Made by a program: the position numbers and the translations under genes | In this document: piece after piece, positions 14,959 to 23,760 of the stretch | How the letters are laid out: each line of letters begins with the position of its first letter | Numbering within the stretch: position 1 is the first letter of the stretch | The notes under the pieces: model-generated | What the model saw: the letters and a program-made list of their open reading frames with translations, nothing else | What the model was told of the DNA's origin: nothing | Database searches by the model: none | Origin: Candidatus Saccharimonadota bacterium | Lineage (GTDB): Bacteria; Patescibacteriota; Saccharimonadia; Saccharimonadales; Saccharimonadaceae | Length of the DNA stretch: 32,000 bases | Assembly (NCBI RefSeq): GCF_025273655.1 | Contig: NZ_CP045921.1 | Span: forward strand, 1,020,001-1,052,000 | Direction: 5' to 3'

Positions 14959-17034
14959 CTAACTGCGCAGGTCTTGTTTTTGCTTGCGAATCGCATCGAT
15001 AGCCTTGATCAGCTTGCTTGTCGTCTTGGCACCATCCGAGCCCTCGGTCATGATCGCTACAACGTATTGGCCAGTACCCGTCACGACAGCCATCTCGTTA
15101 TAGTTGGTATCTGTCGCGCCACCAGAAACCTTGGCATTCTGGGCAGCAGATTTAATGCCATCGCGCAAGCTAATATCACTCAGAGGGGTCATGAGGCTCT
15201 CACGTTTTTTGATTCCGGCAAGTGTACCGTCGTTGAGCTTTTCCATGAACAGTACCATATCATGCGCCGTCGTGACATTGACATCACCACTAAATGACGT
15301 ACCTGTGAGGCCAATCTCGGCAAGTCGGGCATTGACAGTAGCGTTACTCAACTTACCAAGCAGCGCACCGATACAATCCGCGTCTTGGCTCGAGATAGCT
15401 GCCTCCATGCACTCCGTATATGACAGACTTCCAAACACACGGTCGGTCGGCTGAACACTGCCGTCTTCGATGCCGCGCTGTGCTACATATGCGAGGTATA
15501 TACCCTCAACTCCCGCCGCTGGCAGCTGCATCGTATCGTTAGCAGTACCTCCTAAATACGGACGTTTACCTGAGAACTCGTGGAACGAAATGCCGATTTT
15601 GCCAGGGTTGTCTTGGGCGAACTGCTGAATCAACGCCCGATACCCCGCATCGCTCGGCGTGTATTTGCGTGTATATTGCTCGGTCGCTGGCACTGGACCA
15701 ACCGCTACAGTCGCACCACTTGCCCTAGCATTGATAAACGGATCTATGCTCGCTATCGTCTTGTTGATATCGATCAGGACACCAGGGGCACCATTGGTGC
15801 GAGATGTCTCTGTGAAATCAGTTGTTGAAATCTTTGTGACGCCCGGCTTCTTCTCTACTTTGGCAGCAATACCACTTGTCTCCAGGTAGCGTTTGACGCG
15901 CTCCGGCTCGATAACATACAAAAGACGCGGAGGCGGGAGTGGCGTACCGTCGTTTTTATCCTCGGGGATGAACGGCTGGAACGAAAGCCAGCCTTTAGCG
16001 ACAGATGATTTAACCTGTGTTGTTTCGCCAGCTGCCTGTAATGGCAGGTCGTTTTTGAGATTGTTGTTAAGCTCGTCGCCCAACTGCTGCGCGACATCAT
16101 TTGTCAATGGCGCTTCAACTTTTGCGACTGGTGTTTTCACATTGTAGCCGCCTGCATAGGTTACTTTTCCTACCGCATCTTTAAACTCTGTGAGATTGCA
16201 CTTACCGCCCGCTTCGGCAGGCACAACAGCAAAGCGATCATCATCAAGTTTGAGCGATGCATTTTTGGGCGGAATAACACAGTCTTCGCCGAGGTTTTTG
16301 AGCGCATAGGTATCAAGCGTAGCCTTGTCGTAGTTATATACCGGGTCGCCCACTTTCGCGAGACCGGCAGCCCACCAGTACGACGTCGGTACAAATCGTA
16401 AGGCAAACGGATATGACACACTCGCAAGCCTGGATGTATTGTCAGCCCGGATACCAAGCTGACTTGCCGCAGGAGTCTTATATGGTACACTTGCATCTCC
16501 AAAGAAAAGTTTGACCTGAACCTTATCGTAGGCGGCGTTGAGTTTGGCAACCGCTGCATCGCGGTCCATACCACCCACTTTCGCGCCATCTACTACCAAA
16601 CCGGCAGGTAGCGCATTGAGAGGATAGAGCAGCTGAGAGATGATATTACCAACAACCAGCAACACGACCAGTACACCGGCAGGAATATACCAGTGACCCT
16701 TGAACCATTCGACAATGCGAACAGGCAGAGGGACTTTGCCGTACACGCGTGGCCTGGGTGGTGGTGTGATTGCCGTTCCATAGTTCGACATATCGTGTGG
16801 CTGTGGCATCTGAGGCGACTGAGGGTAGCCTGTCTGTGAAGGCGAGGCCCATGTGTTTTGCGGCTGAGTATACGGTTGTGGTGCTGGCATCTGGGGAGCT
16901 GGAGGTACCGTCTGTACATACGGAGCTGTAGGATTACCATAGGGCACCGGAGCCTCGGGCACAGGTGTCTGTGGTGGTATGCCAGCTGGTGATTGATATG
17001 GTGAATTTGGATCCATGATAGTTATGCTTATCAT
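14959..17034 (-). CDS. Membrane-anchored protein: Pro/Gln-rich N-terminus, one TM helix, a PG_binding_4/VanW-N-like region and a C-terminal class-A beta-lactamase-like (serine hydrolase fold) domain
   Basis: N-terminal ~100 aa are P/Q-rich. TM helix WYIPAGVLVVLLVVGNIISQLL. GLVVDGAKVGGMDRDAAVAKLNAAY resembles PG_binding_4. The C-terminus (TTAHDMVLFMEKLNDGTL...AKVSGGATDTNYNEMAVV...YVVAIMT) resembles a beta-lactamase-like fold. Domain calls come from pattern memory only. Confidence 0.45.
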   Translation of the reverse strand: MISITIMDPNSPYQSPAGIPPQTPVPEAPVPYGNPTAPYVQTVPPAPQMPAPQPYTQPQNTWASPSQTGYPQSPQMPQPHDMSNYGTAITPPPRPRVYGKVPLPVRIVEWFKGHWYIPAGVLVVLLVVGNIISQLLYPLNALPAGLVVDGAKVGGMDRDAAVAKLNAAYDKVQVKLFFGDASVPYKTPAASQLGIRADNTSRLASVSYPFALRFVPTSYWWAAGLAKVGDPVYNYDKATLDTYALKNLGEDCVIPPKNASLKLDDDRFAVVPAEAGGKCNLTEFKDAVGKVTYAGGYNVKTPVAKVEAPLTNDVAQQLGDELNNNLKNDLPLQAAGETTQVKSSVAKGWLSFQPFIPEDKNDGTPLPPPRLLYVIEPERVKRYLETSGIAAKVEKKPGVTKISTTDFTETSRTNGAPGVLIDINKTIASIDPFINARASGATVAVGPVPATEQYTRKYTPSDAGYRALIQQFAQDNPGKIGISFHEFSGKRPYLGGTANDTMQLPAAGVEGIYLAYVAQRGIEDGSVQPTDRVFGSLSYTECMEAAISSQDADCIGALLGKLSNATVNARLAEIGLTGTSFSGDVNVTTAHDMVLFMEKLNDGTLAGIKKRESLMTPLSDISLRDGIKSAAQNAKVSGGATDTNYNEMAVVTGTGQYVVAIMTEGSDGAKTTSKLIKAIDAIRKQKQDLRS

Positions 17035-17063
17035 AGCAGTAAATCCCTTGGTTTCAAAGAGGA

Positions 17064-17438
17064 TTACAGAGAGATATTGAAGAGTTGTGCTACACGATCA
17101 ATCGCGGCAGCTGTCTCTTGGGACTCCGACGTGTCAGAATCTAGACATGCGGTGCGCCTGGTCGCCAATTCACGCGCTAGCCACTCTTGCTGCGACGAAC
17201 CTGGGCGTGCAGATTGTACTACTACCAGCGAACGAGCCGAGGTACCAGTTTTGGCCAAATACCCTTTGGCGATGAGACCATTGACATGCGTAGCGACCGT
17301 GGAGACGGATTTGTACTCGAGCGCCCGCATCACCTCGCGGTAACTCGGCCCGTAGCCGTTACCTTTTATAAACCCATCGATAAAACTAAGTAGTTCTTTT
17401 TGCTTTTTGGTGGCGCGTTCGTTTTTTGTGCTGTCCAT
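17064..17438 (-). CDS. LexA-type winged-helix DNA-binding protein without an S24 peptidase domain
   Basis: KKQKELLSFIDGFIKGNGYGPSYREVMRALEYKSVSTVATHVNGLIAKGYLAK matches the LexA DNA-binding domain. The 124-aa protein has no Ser/Lys peptidase domain. Its start lies 53 nt inside the upstream gene. Confidence 0.7.
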   Translation of the reverse strand: MDSTKNERATKKQKELLSFIDGFIKGNGYGPSYREVMRALEYKSVSTVATHVNGLIAKGYLAKTGTSARSLVVVQSARPGSSQQEWLARELATRRTACLDSDTSESQETAAAIDRVAQLFNISL

Positions 17439-18732
17439 ATGGCTTGATCATAGCAGATGAGCCAAGTGCGAGTCCAGCTAGTCCCCACCAATATAGGCTC
17501 ACTGTATCATCCACCCACACCGGCAGCAGCAGACCAATCAGCGCAAGTCCTACGCCCCCCGCAAACAGCCCCAATAGTAGCCAGTCACGTCGTCCACACC
17601 ACAGTCCAATTAGTACCAATCCAAATAGTAGAAGCTGCAGCACAACCCCTAGCCAGCCCGATTCATGTGCCATGAATAAATACTGGTTTTCGATAATCAC
17701 AGGACTATGCGATAGGAGCGATGCCGAGCCAGTACTGCCAATCCCCTCGCCGGCCGGCGCATTCGCCGCAGCTTCTACCCCATGCTGCAATGATGTCCAG
17801 TGGCCTTGATCCGACTTCTCTGGGCTTCCTCCGGCTGGATTACTATGAAAGAAGAGATGAGAGATTGTCGGGTTGTCGCGCAGCGCAAACAGCCCGCCCA
17901 CGAGCAGCGCACCTACGACAGCCAGACCAGCTACCGAGTACAGCGCCGTCCGCTTCGGCAATATACCCACGAGCAGCGCACCCGCTGCCGCCACAAGCGC
18001 CAGCCATGCACTTCGCGATTGACTTGCGTAGAGCACAATGACCGAACCCAAAGCTCCACCTGCCCAGACAATTCTCTGCCACATACCACGCAGTGCAATC
18101 CGCCGCGCAGCAGTCCATGCCAGCAGAAGCGAGAGTGTCAGCACAGCAAATGCTCCTACAGGATTTGGCCCACGAAGCGTACTGTTGATGCGAATATAAT
18201 GATCGTTGAGATCGACCGTCAGATAGGGTTTGATTGTCTCGTTCGAGTAGCCGAGTGGGCTCAGAATATCTTTTGGCAATATCGTCGCCTGCAGCACCCC
18301 AAATCCAATCACCACCGCACAACCGACGGCCGCCGCCATGAGCATCGGTCGCCGAAGACCCGGCATGAGCCTTGCAGCTACGTAGAGTTCGACAAAGAGC
18401 AGATAGTAGCGCAGATCTATCAGTAGCCCGGCCAGCTCGCTCACATACGAGTTGTCAAACGCCAACAGCAGGACGACATGCAGCGCCGCAATTAGTGCTG
18501 TGACGATGACAAATTTGTCGCGCAGTAGCTCACTCAGTTTGCCTGCACGCCACGCCTGCCATACAAGCAGCAGGAGCACGCCACCCAGCACAATCTCTTT
18601 CCATGATTTTGCCAGTAACTCGTAGTCAGGCCAGCGTGATTCTACAAACACTGTCACAGGCGTATGAATCGCCATACCTACTAAGACTACGATAAATGCC
18701 CACTTGATGACCCGCCACGCTAGAGTATTCAT
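17386..18732 (-). CDS. O-antigen ligase / Wzy-like polytopic membrane protein
   Basis: 448 aa with ~10-12 hydrophobic segments. The central YASQSRSAWLALVAAAGALL region is typical of O-antigen ligase (Wzy_C) domains. It lies in a polysaccharide gene neighbourhood. Confidence 0.6.
   Translation of the reverse strand: MNTLAWRVIKWAFIVVLVGMAIHTPVTVFVESRWPDYELLAKSWKEIVLGGVLLLLVWQAWRAGKLSELLRDKFVIVTALIAALHVVLLLAFDNSYVSELAGLLIDLRYYLLFVELYVAARLMPGLRRPMLMAAAVGCAVVIGFGVLQATILPKDILSPLGYSNETIKPYLTVDLNDHYIRINSTLRGPNPVGAFAVLTLSLLLAWTAARRIALRGMWQRIVWAGGALGSVIVLYASQSRSAWLALVAAAGALLVGILPKRTALYSVAGLAVVGALLVGGLFALRDNPTISHLFFHSNPAGGSPEKSDQGHWTSLQHGVEAAANAPAGEGIGSTGSASLLSHSPVIIENQYLFMAHESGWLGVVLQLLLFGLVLIGLWCGRRDWLLLGLFAGGVGLALIGLLLPVWVDDTVSLYWWGLAGLALGSSAMIKPYGQHKKRTRHQKAKRTT
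17447..17452 (-). promoter_or_regulatory. -10-like TATGAT 8 nt upstream of the LexA-DBD gene ATG, embedded in the 3' end of the upstream gene
   Basis: The minus strand reads ctgcTATGATcaagccatATGgac with no Shine-Dalgarno. Confidence 0.3.
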
Positions 18733-18740
18733 GTATCACC

Positions 18741-18746
18741 AGTATA
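18741..18746 (-). promoter_or_regulatory. -10-like TATACT 8 nt upstream of the O-antigen-ligase-like ATG
   Basis: The minus strand reads cgTATACTggtgatacATGaat with no Shine-Dalgarno. It is part of a 38-bp divergent intergenic region. Confidence 0.4.
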
Positions 18747-18753
18747 CGACAAG

Positions 18754-18762
18754 TGGTACAAT
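18754..18762 (+). promoter_or_regulatory. Extended -10 (TGgTACAAT) 8 nt upstream of the sugar-transferase ATG
   Basis: The plus strand reads agTGgTACAATagctgtacATGctt with no Shine-Dalgarno. Confidence 0.45.
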
Positions 18763-18770
18763 AGCTGTAC

Positions 18771-20207
18771 ATGCTTGGACGTAATTCTCAGTATTACAGT
18801 TTATTTCTGCTTATCGTCGACACGTTTGTGCTGGTGCTTGCCCTCACGCTTGCCTATGTCCTGCGCGTCCAGTACGACAACCGCCCACTCGTAGCCGATG
18901 TCTATGCATTTGAATATATCAGCGGCCTACTAATTATTTTGCCATTTTGGATTGCCACGTTTGCACTGCTCGGCCTCTACTCACCGTCGATTTACAATCG
19001 ACGCCTATCAGAATGGGGAAGGATTGGTGCGGGATCGTTCATTGGCATCTTGCTCATTTTGGGCTGGGAATTTGTGTCAGGTGAGACACTCTTTCCAGCA
19101 CGACTCGTGGCACTCTACGCACTCATCGGCTCGTTTGCGCTTATCGTAGTGGAGCGTGAACTGCTCCGCTGGCTCAGGTCTACGCTGTTTCGCTATGGTG
19201 TCGGCACAAGCCGAGTCCTCCTCATCGGCTCCAGTGCCGCACTGACAGATCTCGCCACAAACCTCGCCGACACACGCAAAAGCGGCTACGAAATCATCGC
19301 CATTGCCGGACCCAAAAAACTCGTGCCCGCGCAGCTCCCTGTCCTCCACTATCCTCAAGTAGAATCGGCGCTCAAATTCATCGATAGCAACCGTATCACT
19401 ACCATCATCCAGACCGACATGTACGAAGATGAGGCGCGCAACCAAGCTGTCCTCTCGGCAGCCCAGACTCGCCACATCAGCTACAACTTTATCCCCGGAG
19501 AACCTGAGTTTTATACCGGCAAAAACACTGTCGACGTGTTCATGGGCTACCCAATGATCTCCGTCAGTCAGACACCGCTCATCGGATGGGGCGCTATTGC
19601 CAAAGCAATCTTTGATGCTATCGCCTCGCTCCTGCTCGTGATTATTCTGTCTCCAGTCTATCTACTACTCATCGTGTTGCAGCTTATTTTCAATCCCGGA
19701 CCTATTTTCTATGTCAGTAATCGTCTTAGTCAATTCTCTAAGCCAGTTCGTCTCGTTAAATTTCGTAGCATGAGCAGCAAATACGGCAAAAAAGATGCCG
19801 CCGAAGAGTTTCGCGCCATGGGTAGAGAAGATCTGGCCCGAGAGTATGAAACCCACCGCAAGGTTGCCGATGATCCACGCATCACCCGCTTCGGCAATTT
19901 TCTGCGCAAAACATCACTGGACGAACTACCGCAGTTGTTCAATGTACTGCGCGGCGATCTCAGTCTCGTAGGCCCGCGCCCTATCCTGCCCCAAGAAGCC
20001 AAGTTTTCGCGAAGTCGCACAGCCCTGCTCCATAGTGTTAAATCTGGTGTGACAGGACTGTGGCAGGTGAGTGGCCGTAGCAACCTAAACTTCGAAGAGC
20101 GTATCGAACTCGAAATGTTTTATGCACAAAACTGGTCATTCTGGCTGGATATCAAGATCCTGTTCAAGACCGTTGGAGTTGTATTGTTTCGTCGTGGAGC
20201 AAAATAG
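18771..20207 (+). CDS. Polyprenyl-phosphate hexose-1-phosphate transferase (WbaP-like initiating sugar transferase)
   Basis: N-terminal TM segments plus a C-terminal bacterial sugar transferase domain: PGPIFYVSNRLSQFSKPVRLVKFRSM...SLDELPQLFNVLRGDLSLVGPRP. Confidence 0.85.
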   Translation: MLGRNSQYYSLFLLIVDTFVLVLALTLAYVLRVQYDNRPLVADVYAFEYISGLLIILPFWIATFALLGLYSPSIYNRRLSEWGRIGAGSFIGILLILGWEFVSGETLFPARLVALYALIGSFALIVVERELLRWLRSTLFRYGVGTSRVLLIGSSAALTDLATNLADTRKSGYEIIAIAGPKKLVPAQLPVLHYPQVESALKFIDSNRITTIIQTDMYEDEARNQAVLSAAQTRHISYNFIPGEPEFYTGKNTVDVFMGYPMISVSQTPLIGWGAIAKAIFDAIASLLLVIILSPVYLLLIVLQLIFNPGPIFYVSNRLSQFSKPVRLVKFRSMSSKYGKKDAAEEFRAMGREDLAREYETHRKVADDPRITRFGNFLRKTSLDELPQLFNVLRGDLSLVGPRPILPQEAKFSRSRTALLHSVKSGVTGLWQVSGRSNLNFEERIELEMFYAQNWSFWLDIKILFKTVGVVLFRRGAK

Positions 20208-21341
20208 ATGACAGCTCAAGCACCAAAGATTGCTATTGTCTGCGACTTCCTCACTATGATGGGCGGAGCAGAAAATGTCGTCCTAGCCATGCACGAAGCA
20301 TTTCCCTCGGCACCTATCTACACTGCTATCTATAACAAAGATAAGCTACCGCAATTTCATGAACTCGATGTGCGGCCATCTCGCCTTCAGAAAATCCCGA
20401 AGAAGCTACGAAAGTATTACAAACTCTTCCCAACCATGGCAGTCAAAGCGATGCGAAATCTCGATCTCTCGGAGTTCGATATCATCATTACTAGCAGTTA
20501 TCTCCATGGCCATCAGATCACCAAGTCACGGCCAAATCAACTGGTGATTAATTATTGCCACACGCCGCCACGTTACTACTGGAGCCACTACGACCTCTAC
20601 CGCCAAGATCCTGGCTATGGCAAACTCAACCCGCTCATTCGCCCACTTATGCCTCTTATGATCCCGCATCAGCGCAAGCTTGACTACGACGCTGCTCAAA
20701 ACGTCGATGTGTTTATCGCCAACTCTACCGAAACCCAGGAGCGTATCAAGAAATATTATGATCGAACCAGTACCGTATTGCATCCACCAGTCGACATCAA
20801 GCGCTTCACTCCCGCGCGGGAGCGGGGCAATCACTACGTGACACTCGGTCGCCAGCTACCCAACAAGCGGTTTGATCTAGCAGTAGAAGCCTGTAGCCGC
20901 CTCGGCGTCAAACTCAAAGTCTTCGGTAACGGTCCGCTCCACGACAAACTTGTCGCAAAAGCCGGCCCTACTATCGAATTTTATACCGATCGCTTCGGTG
21001 ATGCATCGGATAGTGAAGTTGAAAAAGCACTTAATACGGCCAGGGGATTTGTGTTTCCATCTGACGAAGATTTCGGCATTGTCGCCGTCGAAGCATTGGC
21101 GGCCGGGGCACCCGTTATCGGCTACGCAGCTGCTGGCACCCGCGACATTGTGCAAGATGGTATCAGTGGTGTGATGTTCGAGCATCAGACGGTTAACGAC
21201 GTGGTGCGGGCAATAGAAAAGTCACAGAAAATGACATTTCTCCCTGGCACCCTCGCCCGCAAGGCCAAGCGCTTCGAGCGACAGATGTTCATCGATAAAC
21301 TACGACGAATTATCGCACAAGAAGCTGCTAAGCAGCGCTAA
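20208..21341 (+). CDS. Glycosyltransferase, GT4 family (GT-B fold)
   Basis: The start abuts the upstream stop (TAGATG). The C-terminal motif FVFPSDEDFGIVAVEALAAGAPVIGYAAAGTRDIV is E-x7-E-like. Confidence 0.8.
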   Translation: MTAQAPKIAIVCDFLTMMGGAENVVLAMHEAFPSAPIYTAIYNKDKLPQFHELDVRPSRLQKIPKKLRKYYKLFPTMAVKAMRNLDLSEFDIIITSSYLHGHQITKSRPNQLVINYCHTPPRYYWSHYDLYRQDPGYGKLNPLIRPLMPLMIPHQRKLDYDAAQNVDVFIANSTETQERIKKYYDRTSTVLHPPVDIKRFTPARERGNHYVTLGRQLPNKRFDLAVEACSRLGVKLKVFGNGPLHDKLVAKAGPTIEFYTDRFGDASDSEVEKALNTARGFVFPSDEDFGIVAVEALAAGAPVIGYAAAGTRDIVQDGISGVMFEHQTVNDVVRAIEKSQKMTFLPGTLARKAKRFERQMFIDKLRRIIAQEAAKQR

Positions 21342-23168
21342 CTACTCCACCGTTACGCTTTTCGCGAGATTCCGCGGTTGATCCACGTCGGTATCGCGCT
21401 GCACAGCCAAATAGTAGGCAAGTAGCTGCGAGATAATATTGAAGACCAATGGACGCAGCAAGTCTAGCTTCGTCGACACACGCAGTACGGTCTCAGCTTC
21501 AACCTTGCGGGCCGTATCCGTCACAACAATCGCATGTGCACCACGAGCATTCATCTCGATCAGATTACTCTGAGATTTCTCGTATAGCCAATTGTCGAGC
21601 AAATAAAACACTTCGAAGAATCTGTCATCGATCAGTGAGATTGGTCCATGCTTGAGCTCGCCTGCCGGATAGCCCTCGGCGTGGATATAACTCACTTCTT
21701 TGAGTTTGAGTGCACCTTCGAGTGCCACCGGCATTAGTGTATCACGTCCCACGTACAATGCATGATCATACTGCATGTAGTTTTTGGCCACCGCTTTGAC
21801 TTCTTTTTCGTGAGCTGCGAGTACTTTCTCTATCTCGCTAGGCAAGAGTTCCAGCTCATCGATCAGTTCCGATCGCCGCTCCGGCGACATGCCGCGTGCA
21901 TCTGCTGCCGTGAGCGCAAACAAAATCATCGCTACCACCTGAGATGTAAATGCTTTGGTACTTGCTACACTTATCTCCGCACCAACATGCACGTACACTC
22001 CGCCGTCCACTTCACGGGCGATCGTACTACCGACCGCATTCACAACGCCAAGTGTCCGGACACCGCGTCGCTTGAGCTCCATCAGACAGGCAAGAGTATC
22101 GGCAGTCTCGCCGCTCTGACTCACGATCAGTGCCACAGTGCCTTCTTGGACCGCAAATGAGCGGTAGCGGAGTTCACTCGCCACCTCTACACTTACCATC
22201 ACGTCACCGAGCAGTTGCTCAATATAGTATTTCGCAAGCATCCCTGCATAGTACGCCGTGCCACAACCCACAATCATGATGTGCCGCACATCACGCAGCT
22301 CTTCGGCCGTCATATTGATACCGCCAAGTCGAGCTGTGTGAACTGTTGGATTAATTCGCCCTCGTAACGTTGCTTCCACCGTATCAGGTTGGTCGTGGAT
22401 TTCTTTGAGCAAGAAATGGTCGTACCCTTTTTTCTGCACCGCCTCAAGATCCATCTCCAGCGTTTCAACAGTAGGCTCAAGTGTGCTACTTGCCATATCC
22501 GACAGCTCCACGCCAGATGTCCTACATATAGCTAATTCCTCGTCCTGCAGATATATAACCTGTTTCGTATAGCCAAGTAGGGCAGAAGCATCACTAGCAA
22601 TAAATACCTCCCCGTTACCGACTCCAAGGACCAGGGGGCTACCTTTTCGTGCTACCACGATCTCATCGGGTGAACGCGTATCAAGCACAGCGATACCATA
22701 CGCCCCCACCACCATCTCGCACGCACTACGCACTGCGTCTATCAGACTATCCGCATCACGTGCAACATAGTCTATGAGCGCTGCCAATACTTCCGTATCT
22801 GTATCGCTTCTGAAATCGTAATCGTGCCGCGCGAGCATCACCTTCAGGTCTTGGTAGTTTTCGATGATGCCATTATGTACAAGATGGATGTTGCCCGCTA
22901 CATGCGGATGAGCATTACGTTTACTTGGTGCTCCGTGCGTTGCCCAGCGCGTATGACCGATACCGATCATATCGCTTTTTTCGTGCGTTGTCACAAGATC
23001 CACTAGCTCTTGCACCTTACCCTTTGTGCGTAGCACGGTTGCCGCACCCCTCGGCCCGAGCGTTGCGATGCCCGCGGAGTCATACCCTCTGTATTCCAAT
23101 CGCTTTAGTCCACTTACTAATACACCTTGGGCTGATTTGTTGCCAATATAACCAACGATGCCGCACAT
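21342..23168 (-). CDS. glmS: Glutamine--fructose-6-phosphate aminotransferase (isomerizing)
   Basis: MCGIVGYIG N-terminal nucleophile, two SIS domains and the C-terminal ...PRNLAKSVTVE. 608 aa. AAAGGA ribosome-binding site 8 nt upstream. Confidence 0.95.
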   Translation of the reverse strand: MCGIVGYIGNKSAQGVLVSGLKRLEYRGYDSAGIATLGPRGAATVLRTKGKVQELVDLVTTHEKSDMIGIGHTRWATHGAPSKRNAHPHVAGNIHLVHNGIIENYQDLKVMLARHDYDFRSDTDTEVLAALIDYVARDADSLIDAVRSACEMVVGAYGIAVLDTRSPDEIVVARKGSPLVLGVGNGEVFIASDASALLGYTKQVIYLQDEELAICRTSGVELSDMASSTLEPTVETLEMDLEAVQKKGYDHFLLKEIHDQPDTVEATLRGRINPTVHTARLGGINMTAEELRDVRHIMIVGCGTAYYAGMLAKYYIEQLLGDVMVSVEVASELRYRSFAVQEGTVALIVSQSGETADTLACLMELKRRGVRTLGVVNAVGSTIAREVDGGVYVHVGAEISVASTKAFTSQVVAMILFALTAADARGMSPERRSELIDELELLPSEIEKVLAAHEKEVKAVAKNYMQYDHALYVGRDTLMPVALEGALKLKEVSYIHAEGYPAGELKHGPISLIDDRFFEVFYLLDNWLYEKSQSNLIEMNARGAHAIVVTDTARKVEAETVLRVSTKLDLLRPLVFNIISQLLAYYLAVQRDTDVDQPRNLAKSVTVE

Positions 23169-23272
23169 ATGAAAATCCTTTCGGTTACGAAACGTGTGTA
23201 CCGTCTAGACTACGCCGTTGTATCTCGAATAGCAAGTTTTATGGATAATTTATTAAAATGTAAGAATTACAA

Positions 23273-23707
23273 CTACTTTTCATGTCCGAGCGCCTGATTG
23301 ATTCGCGTAGAAGAATCCGGCTTGCCTTCTCCCGCATCAAAACGCATCTCTATACCAAACTCGCGACACACGACAGCCTCTGGAATCTCTTTCTCGCTAT
23401 CCCTGTCGCCACCATTTGCAAACACTAGCTCATCGCCTGGGTGCTGACCGGCCACCATTTCTAGAGTTTTGCAGATGGTAGGGTCATCATCTATCGACAA
23501 AACTGATTGGTCAACACCTTTGATCGAACGGAGTACTCTTAGCCTATTTGCCTCATCGAGAATGATCTTACCTTTTTTGAGTAATTGTTGCTTATCATTA
23601 TTAACAATCACGATCAAATGATCACCCATCTTGGCTGCCGCCTCTATCATATCGAGATGTCCACCATGAAGTGGGTTGAAATATCCGCTCACGATTACTA
23701 CTTTCAC
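23273..23707 (-). CDS. Cytidylyl/adenylyltransferase-fold protein (HxGH nucleotidyltransferase; TagD / RfaE-domain-II-like)
   Basis: GTG start with an AGGAGG ribosome-binding site. MKVVIVSGYFNPLHGGHLDMIEAA carries the (T/H)xGH signature. 144 aa. Confidence 0.7.
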   Translation of the reverse strand: MKVVIVSGYFNPLHGGHLDMIEAAAKMGDHLIVIVNNDKQQLLKKGKIILDEANRLRVLRSIKGVDQSVLSIDDDPTICKTLEMVAGQHPGDELVFANGGDRDSEKEIPEAVVCREFGIEMRFDAGEGKPDSSTRINQALGHEK

Positions 23708-23748
23708 TACTAGAGCCTCCTTCTGTCGTATATGACCATTATACCTGC

Positions 23749-23754
23749 TACACT
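23749..23754 (+). promoter_or_regulatory. -10-like TACACT 6 nt upstream of the galE ATG (leaderless geometry)
   Basis: The plus strand reads ctgcTACACTggatatATGaac with no Shine-Dalgarno. Confidence 0.4.
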
Positions 23755-23760
23755 GGATAT

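Noticed and set aside
17426-18426. Several 100-208-aa ORFs on both strands (17426-17809, 17721-18041, 17800-18426, 17843-18322)
   Set aside because: All overlap the O-antigen-ligase-like membrane-protein gene in other frames. They are rich in R/P/S/Q, as expected for off-frame translation of GC-rich hydrophobic coding sequence.
23169-23272. Possible glmS ribozyme in the glmS 5' leader
   Set aside because: Only 104 bp separate the glmS ATG from the neighbouring gene's stop. A ribosome-binding site (AAAGGA) sits 8 nt from the ATG. The AT-rich spacer shows none of the GC-rich pseudoknotted core, and there is not enough room for a ~170-nt ribozyme.
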